In this document: positions 56,110 through 64,000 of the stretch, piece by piece
How the letters are laid out: each line of letters opens with the position of its first letter
How positions within the stretch are numbered: the stretch's first letter is position 1
Assembly (NCBI GenBank): GCA_964016885.1
Contig: OZ024743.1
Location: 109,120,001 to 109,184,000, forward strand
DNA: 64,000 nucleotides
DNA from: Eledone cirrhosa
Taxonomy: Eukaryota
Direction of reading: 5' to 3'
Notes under the pieces: model-generated
What the model saw: the letters and a program-made list of their open reading frames with translations, nothing else
The model's database searches: none
Told to the model about the DNA's origin: nothing
Made by a program: the position numbers and the translations under genes

Positions 56110-59100
56110 TAATTTACAGAAACATACTCAGATTAGGCCCATTCACTTGAGCCACCCTTGCATCTCTCGCCCATCTTTCAACAAAATACTGGAAAGAGAG
56201 CACTTCCCTCTCTACCCCAAATGAAATTTGAAAAAGTTAATCCAGGCATCACCGAAGAGGTAACTGCTCGTATTCAGCCCTTTCAAACGTATCCACCGTA
56301 CTATCTCTTTCGCCATGGCCACCAGACAGATAAAAACTGCCTGCCTTTCCCGGCTAAAGGAAGAGGACGGGGCAATCCTCACGATGGTCTCAGCTGATAG
56401 CTGGATCCGTCCTACACGTGACAGCAGGTGCTCGACATAAACCCACAAGTCAGCAATGCTCGGACACTGGACGAGTGCGTGCAGGACGGTTTCGTCGCCC
56501 TGCGCGCATCTCGGACATGCCCGGCTGACGGCACCTCCATGCCTGTAGAGTTTATCCCGAACTGGCAAAGCTCCTCGGTAGCACTGCCAGGCCAGGGATT
56601 TCTGGAAGTTGTCCTAGGACCCGACCCGAAAATTCTTCTGAAGAGATTGGCTAGTTGATTTTCGTCGACGCCTAGAGTTTCTCCAAGTACGTCGTCGTTC
56701 TTCGCCTCCACTAATCCTCTATAGAACGCCAAGGTGGAGTTTCCACCGATCACATTGCCCGATTTGTCGAGGGCTGTGAGCGCCTGAAGACATTCCAGTT
56801 TCCAAGCGCTCCCTCTCGGTCTTCGCTGACCTAGGACTGCAGCTCCGTCAAGGAGACGAGCTCGGAAAAGACGCGTCTAGCAAACGGCGACCACACCTGA
56901 ATACCGTCGAGGCAGAGGTGCAGATGTCGTAACCTGAGCGCGTGTCTGCGCATCATCAGCCACGGCATGCCGAGCCCTCCACGTAGCGGGTGTTGACAAA
57001 AGATGGACCACCTAACCAGCGCGTTCCTTCCACAAAAAGTGAAAGAGCAACGCTCCAGCGCAGTCAGGCGCGGCTTAGGACAAAGTACGACGGTCAGGCG
57101 GTAGTAGATGACGGACGCGATGTACGCGTTAGCCACCTCCGCTCGACCTTTCAGGGATAGCTTCCTCTCCGCCCATTTCTGGGTGGAAGAAGCCACCCTG
57201 ATCGTCACCTCGTCCCAGTTTTTGTCAGTCTGGAGGTCCGGACCGAACCAGACCCCTAGCAATTTAACCGGTCCGTCCGTCAAGCGCCCGACGACGCTGT
57301 TGGACGGCATGGACCTGCCTCTCCAGGTGTTGAGCTGCAGGCCCACTGACCTTTCCTGGTTGATCATGCTCCTGTCACCGGTTCGTATTCTGTTAGTGTA
57401 GTGCCGATCGCCTCGATGTGTTTGGCGTTCGACACCACTACGGTGACATCGTCCGCATATGCAGACACGGATCTTCCGCATCCTAGTTCGCGGGGGACCA
57501 CCTCAACGTCTCCAGTTTGTGCAGTAATGGCTCGAAGTCAATACGTAAAAGAAGGACGACAGGAGACATCCTTGGCGGACCGAGCGCAGGATGTTGAACG
57601 GTTCCGAAAGGTGACCTTTCACTCTCACCACAGAGCAGATGTCGCTGTGCATGGCAGCGATCCAGCCTCTGAAAATAGGCCCTAAGCAAGCCACCCTCCC
57701 AGGTTCCCTAGCTACCCTCTCTACGATGTATCTCATGAGATGGAGGTTGTCGTGGATGGATCTGTCAGGGATGGCGCATGTCTGCGCCTGTCCCACCAGA
57801 TCACGAACCACCTGCGCCAACCACTTTGCTAGCACCTTTGGCCAAAATCTTGATCTATGTGTTTAGCAGAGTTATGGGCCTAAAATTATATATGTTATCC
57901 CCCTTGTTCGGATCCTTTCTCAGCAGCGCCACAGCTCCTCGGCTCACGGAGCTTGGAATTCTCCTGTTCTGTTGTCAGTTGCAATAGACGCCCGCCAAGA
58001 AGCCTCCGAACAAGTCGGGCATACGTACGTAAAGTTCATAGGTCAGACAATCCAAACCAGGCGATTTACCCCTTGTGCAGCCAGTCATTGCCTCCCGTAC
58101 TTCAGCGGCTGTTATCGGCTTTTCGCAACACTCCGCCTCAGTGGCCGAGAGCCGCGGCAGTGGCCGCGATACCTTTGCTAAGCGCCTCGTCGAATTTTCT
58201 AAGTAGTTCTCGCTCTGCTCTATTTTTCTCTATTGCTAAAGCCTTACTAAATCTAATGGACTCTATTCTAATCGCTCTTTTCAGAGCAAACCACCACTTG
58301 TTGTTGACGATGGCCCCCGCCAACGCCCTCTTAACTAGTTCGCTACTCCGGTCTCTGTAGGCCTTGCGCGCTGGTAAGGACGCGTTTAGCTTCCAGTAGC
58401 CGGGCCCTCGTCTATGAAGCCTATCTAATTCAAGCACACAGATCAAGAATTTGTGGTTCGTGTAGCTGAATTGTGGACGGCCTATGCTAGACCTGTCTAT
58501 TTTCCTACAAAATAATCTATATAGATATGATCTGGATGACCCTATGCAATTTGTCCAAGTCCAAATTGGCACATTCGGGAAATCCAATCGGTACCTGTCA
58601 GACAGTTCAAAACGCCTGAGCAGGTTGGTGAGACCCTTGCACGCTCCTCCGCTATCCGCTAATCCCACACAGTCCCAGCGTGCATCTAAGATCCCGTTCC
58701 AGTCGCCCACTAACACTAAAAAGCGGGACGTTCCAAGAAAGGTCTCTAGACGCCGGAAGAAATCAGTTCGCCCTGCTCCTGTCGGGGCATAGACGGCCAC
58801 TAGCGTGAAAGCTTGCTCGTCTCCGCTGGTCACGTCCAGCTCCACCAACTTACCCTCTAGGTCCAGTATGGCGAGATCCAAACCTCTCCGAAAAAGCACA
58901 GCAATTCCTCCCCTGATCCAGGACGGCTGGGAGATGCGTACACATCGTAGCCGCCGAAGATCGGTGCGAAGGCCCGTGCTTCGGAGATTCTGGTCACGCT
59001 GATGGCCACTACATCTATGTTTAGTGACCTGAGGTCGTTGAGCAGGTGGCCCTGCTTCCATGACGACACCAAGCCACGCGCACTTATGCTGCCTATTCTG

Positions 59101-59111
59101 AGTGGGGTCAT
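56110..59111 (-). pseudogene. LINE ORF2: APE endonuclease + RT + CCHC, with multiple frameshifts and a linker deletion near 58160
   Basis: Track ORFs 58138-59145, 57503-57835, 56831-57481, 56412-56753 and 56212-56568. Confidence 0.9.
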
Positions 59112-59149
59112 GTTGAAATGGAGTGGAAAATATGGGAAAGACCACTTAC

Positions 59150-61216
59150 CTTACTTCTCTTAGAGGAAGGATGGTTTCTCCATCCTTATCATTGCTTGTG
59201 GCCTCCTCCGGAAGTATGTCCTTATAAATCCTCGCGGAGAGTGCTTGTCGGAAGTCTCCGATATCTTTGGGGGATTTTTGTTTTAGTGTCGTGTACGTTT
59301 TCTGTGTGATGCGATTGATTTGTATGTGTGGAGGTAGTATGAAATGTCGGGGTGTTGTGTAGTCTTTTTTGTGTGATGATGGTGTTGTGTTGGATGTAGT
59401 GTAATAGTTGGTTTATGTTCAAATTTAATTGTTTCTACTTTTTGGCAGAAGGCCAGCAATTACCCAGTGCATTACTGGTACTTTATTTTATCGACCCCGT
59501 AAGGATGAAAGACAAAGTGAACCTCGGCGGGATTTGAACTCAGATCGTAAAGGGACGTAACTATGCTGGAAAGCATGGCGTCCGACCCTCTACCGATACT
59601 GCCAATTTAATGCTGTATCGTTTTGGTAGTTTTCTTTTGTTTGCGTTTGTTGTGGGTTTGTTTGTTTCGCTTTTTGGTGACTTTTGTGGTGTTAGTGATG
59701 GCGGTGTTTGGGTTAATGATGGTAATGATGTTGGTGTTTGTGGTGATGGGGTTGGTGATGCTGGTGTGGATGGTGGCATAGCTCTCCTAACTTTTTTGTT
59801 TGATAGTTTATTTGTTTCTTTCTGTATTTTTTTTTCGGTGGGGGAAGGAAGAATATTTTTTCTTTTCTGGCTTCTATTTCTTTTTTCTTTTTTTCTGATA
59901 CCGTTTCCCACTCCTCGTCGTCACAAATATGTCTCCATTTGCGATAGGTCGGGGAGTGGAAAATCCTCCACAGGCGTTGGTTTTGGTTGTGGCGTGGTGG
60001 ATGGTGTAGGCACTGGTGCTAGTTCTGGCGCGTTGGGTGGTGGTGGTGTTGGTTTTGCTACTGTAGCTGGGGTTGTTGCTGCTACACTTGCTTCTGTTGT
60101 TGCTGCTACAGTTGTTGCTGCCATTTCTGCTGCTGGTGGTGTTGATGGTTGAGTCACTGGAGTGGGTAAGAGAGGTGGCCTCAACTTTTTAGCCTGAGGG
60201 AAGAAAGCCCTTAGGTGGGTTCCTTCACAACAAGCGACACACCTAGGCCTTCTACCATCGACAATTACGGTGAGGTGGCTGCCGTCAGTGAGGTCTAATA
60301 CCAATGGGATCTCCTCAATGCTTTTTTGGTCCGCTTGGATCAGGAGCCCCATCCCAGATGCGGACCAGTTCTCCTGCTTTTCTTTTGGTATTTCTATTAT
60401 TTTGGTGTTGGCCTCGATGTCGGCGAGTTCGGCAACCATTAGCCAGGGAATTTCGATGCCGGTGGAACGTGGACCACCCTGATATTTACGAGTCTCTAGC
60501 CACAGTAGCTTGGGACGAGTGTGAAAACGTTGCTTCTTAATGGGGCCATGGAGTGCTCTCTGGCCTCCTGTGCTGTTCCAAAGAACACGTCCACGGTTCC
60601 ATATTTCTGCCCACGTCTGATGTAGGTGTTTTTTCCCACACATGTCCCAAAGCTTTTTGGATTTGGGACTCGGATGCCCGTTCCACTCGGCGCGATTTTA
60701 TATTAATCGTCCGATAAGACACGATGCATAGGCGCCGATGCTCCATTTTATTAGGTGGGGGGTAGGCTGACCCTGTACCCATCTATCTTTACCATTCTCT
60801 TGGCTTCATCTAATTCCTGCTGAGTTACCTGGATTGTTTCGCATTTTCTGGGTGCTTTGTCAAAAGTCACGGTGTTATTCTCATTGTTGTTATTGCTGTT
60901 GTTGTTATTGTTATTTTTAGTTTCCGTTGTGGTGGTGTTCGGTGTGGAAGAGTTCATTTCGATATCACGAGATAATTTATTTTTTTATTTTGTTTCTGTT
61001 GTCGCTGTGATGGTGGTGGGGGTGGCGGTTTCAACACATGCAGTGATTGGTAATGGCGGGAAATGAATGTCTGCCTGAGACAAATTTAAATTATTGCTAC
61101 TGATTATATTGTTAGTGTTGGCAAACGTAGTAATATTTACAATGGTGGTGTCGGTGTGAGGTGTTTGTTAGTGAGGAAGGCTCTCAGCTACGTGGTGTAG
61201 CTGTGAATCGTCCATG
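59150..61216 (-). pseudogene. LINE ORF1 (gag-like) with a degenerate zinc knuckle and Pro/Thr-rich tail
   Basis: VIVDGRRPRCVACCEGTHLRAFF (CxxCxxxxH); interrupted by a SINE. Confidence 0.75.
59427..59606 (-). mobile_element. SINE inserted in LINE ORF1
   Basis: Family match; duplication aatttaat at 59422-59429 and 59604-59611. Confidence 0.9.
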
Positions 61217-61445
61217 ATTTTTTCAAATAAATTTTTTGTTTGATAATTATAAAAGTTTAAATTTGGGTCTCAAGGCCCCAATCTTTTTGAGTGTCCTTTT
61301 CAGAAACCAATGTATGTCCACATATAAACAGTTAACAATAAAAAGTTTCCATAAATGGCAATTTTAAACAACTGAAAACAACAAAACTTTGCGGAGCTCA
61401 CGATAATACAATTTCCTACGTAGGTCGCCAATAATAATAATAATG

Positions 61446-61495
<50 letters not shown>

Positions 61496-61496
<1 letters not shown>

Positions 61497-64000
61497 CTTT
61501 CTTTAGTAACCACAAGGGTTTACATAAAGTAGACATTAAGGACAGTACAGGACAATACAGGACGGTACAAATGGGCATTTCTGCGTGTAAAAAACAAAAG
61601 CAGAGGATGTAACAGAAAAAATAACAATGAAAAATTCCCCAATAGGGGGAGACTTCCGAGGGACATTCGTGGAGAAAGCCCATTAAAAAGCCACAGTGAC
61701 CTCGACCACCAGGGCAAGAGCCCTCTCCCAGTTTTCCACCTTTAATTTACAGAAACATACTCAGATTAGGCCCATTCACTCGAGCCATTCTTGACTCTCT
61801 CACCCATCTTTCAAAAAAATGCTGGAAAGAGAGCACTTTCCATCTCTACCCTGATTTTTCTTTTCAACTTTTCAAATGAAATGTTAAAAAGTTAATCAGG
61901 GATTCACCGACGAGGTAAATGCTCGTCTTCGGCCCTTTCAAACGTGTCCACCATACTATCTCTTTCGCCATGGCCACCAGATAAATAAAAATTGCCTGCC
62001 CTTCCCGGCTAAAGGAAGAGGGCGGGGCAATCCTCACGTTTGAGTCAGCTGATAGTTGGATCCGTCCTACACGCGACAACAGATGTTCGACATAAATCCA
62101 CAAGTGAGCAATGCTCGGACACTGGACCGGTGCGTGTATGACCGTTTCGTCGCCCTGCTCGCTTCTCGGACATGCCCGGCTGACGGTACCTCCATGCTTG
62201 TAGAGTATATCCCGAACTGGCAAAGCTCCTCGGTAGCACTGCCAGGCCAGGGATTTCGGTAAGTTGTCCATACGCCCCGGCCCGAAAGTTTTTCCGAAGA
62301 GATTGGCTAGTTGATTTTCGTCGACACCAAGACTTTCCCCAAGTACGGCGTCGCTGTTCGCCTCCACTAATTCTCTATAGAACACCAAGGTGGAGTTTCC
62401 ACCGATCACATTGCCCGATTTGTCGAGGGTTGTGAGCGCCTGAAGACATTCCAGTCTCCAAGCGCACCCTCTCGGTCTTCGATTAACCCAGGACTGTAGC
62501 TCTGTCAAGGAGATGAACTGGGGAATGATGCGTCTAGCAAACGCCGACCACACCTGATCACCATCGGGTAATATGTGGAGATGTTGTAGCCTGAGCGCGT
62601 GTCTGCGAATCATCAGGCACGGCATGCCCAGTCCTCCACGTAGCAGGTGTTGACAGCAGATGGACCGCCTGACCATCGGAGCGCGTCTCTTCCACATAAA
62701 GCGAAAGAGCAAACGCTCCAGCGCAGTCAGGCGTGGCTAGGACAAGGCACGAAGGTCAGGCGGTAGTAGATGACGGACGCGATGTACGCATTCGCCACCT
62801 CCGCTCCACTTTTCAGGGATAACTTCCTCTCTGCCCATTTTTGGGTGAGAAAAGCCACCCTGCTCGTCACTTCGTCCCAGTTTTGTCCGTCTAGAGGGCC
62901 GGACTGAACTAGACTCCTAGCAATTTAACCGGTCCGTCCATCCAGCGCCCGACGACGCTCTTGGACGGTATGGTGTTGCCTCTCCAGGTGCCGAGCTGCA
63001 GGCCCACTGACTTTCCCTGGTTGGTCATTGCTCCTGTCACCGCTTTGTATTCTCTTAGTGTAGTGCCGATCGCCTCAACGTGTTTGGCGTTCGACACCAC
63101 TACGGTGACATCGTCCGCATGTGCTGACACGGATCTTCCGCATCCTAGTTCGCTTGTGCAGTAATGGCTCGAGAGTCATTACGTACAACAGGGACGAGAG
63201 GGGACATCCTTGGCGGACCGAGCGCATGATGTTGAACGGTTCCGACAGGTGAGGGTTCACTCTCACCACAGATCAGATGTCGTTGTGCATGGCAGCAATC
63301 TAGCCTCCAGACGGCCCCAAAGACCGCCGCCCTCAGAACTGCCGCCAGGTAACAATGATCGACCCTATCGAAAGCTTTTGACTGATCTAAATTGATTTAG
63401 GACCCACCCGTGCCAGGTTCCCTAGCTACCCTCACCACGATGTATCGCATGAGGTGGAGGTTGTCGTGGATGGATCAGTCTGGAATGGCGCATGTCTGCG
63501 CCTCTACCACCAGACCACCAACGACAAGCGCCAACCTCTTTGCTAACACCTTGGCCAAAATCTTGATCTCTGTGTTTAGCAGAGTTATGGGCCTAACATT
63601 ATCTATGTTATCTTCCTTGTTCGGATCCTTTCTCGGCAGCGTCACCGCTCCTCGGCTCACATAGCTGGGATTTCTCCCGTTCTGTTGCCAGTTGCAGTAG
63701 ACGCCCGCCAAGAGATCTCCCAACAAGTCTGGCATCTGTACGTAAAGTTCATAGGGCACAGCATCCAAACCAGGCGATTTACCCCTTGTGCAGCCAGTCA
63801 TTGCCTCCCGTACTTCAGCGGCTGTTATCGGCTTTTCGCAAAACTCCATCTCAGTGGCTAAGAGCCCCGGAAGTCCGCCGAGGTACGACCTAAAGTCCAA
63901 CCCTCGAAAAGTTCCGCCGCTGTCTCCGAACAGCTGAACGAAGTGTTGCTGAAAAATTTGGTGTTTGTGAGGAACGCTGTCAGGTTTGTGGGGCTGAGAG
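61496..64000 (-). mobile_element. Second copy of the same Tx1/L1 family (RT to 3' end), runs off-window
   Basis: Colinear with 55865-58160; KSPGLDAVPYE, RPITLLNTE, RQGCPLS and HADD motifs; same 3' end into (TTA)n. Confidence 0.92.

Larger units (their letters stand above)
55865..61430 (-). mobile_element. Near full-length Tx1/L1-clade LINE (ORF1 + APE-RT ORF2), inactivated, flanked by (TTA)n
   Basis: ORF1 fragments at 61216-59150; ORF2 from MTPLRIGSISARGL (59111) with VYAP, VGDWN, RQGC, YADD and CPRC..ETVLHALVQC. 3' end aataaagaaagca then (tta)n. Confidence 0.92.

Noticed and set aside
59610-60152. 180-aa Gly/Val-rich + strand ORF
   Set aside because: Antisense shadow of the Pro/Thr-rich LINE ORF1.

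Overview
Gene-free, AT-rich, microsatellite-dense eukaryotic DNA; the dominant tRNA-derived SINE resembles octopod cephalopod SINEs (inference). No host protein-coding exon could be supported. The window is a stack of mobile elements: (1) Penelope-like retroelements (PLEs), mostly Naiad-type, including one with an uninterrupted ~600-aa RT + GIY-YIG ORF (17690-19493, -) flanked by inverted pseudo-LTRs; (2) Tx1/L1-clade LINEs ending in (TTA)n or (TCTA)n; (3) R4/Dong-clade LINEs, one inside (TAA)n; (4) a hAT (Buster/Charlie-like) transposon with an 8-bp TSD, a non-autonomous Helitron, a mariner-like MITE and about 10 SINE copies. The main hidden layer is RNA: about 14 type-I hammerhead ribozyme (HHR) motifs from several families, all read by eye. 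They include a U3-A8 core variant seen in two independent copies and a ~434-bp ORF-less, circularly permuted HHR unit resembling a non-LTR retrozyme. Many tiny fold-back PLE relics sit in (TA)n tracts, and one PLE-end relic lies head-to-head with an initiator-tRNA copy.
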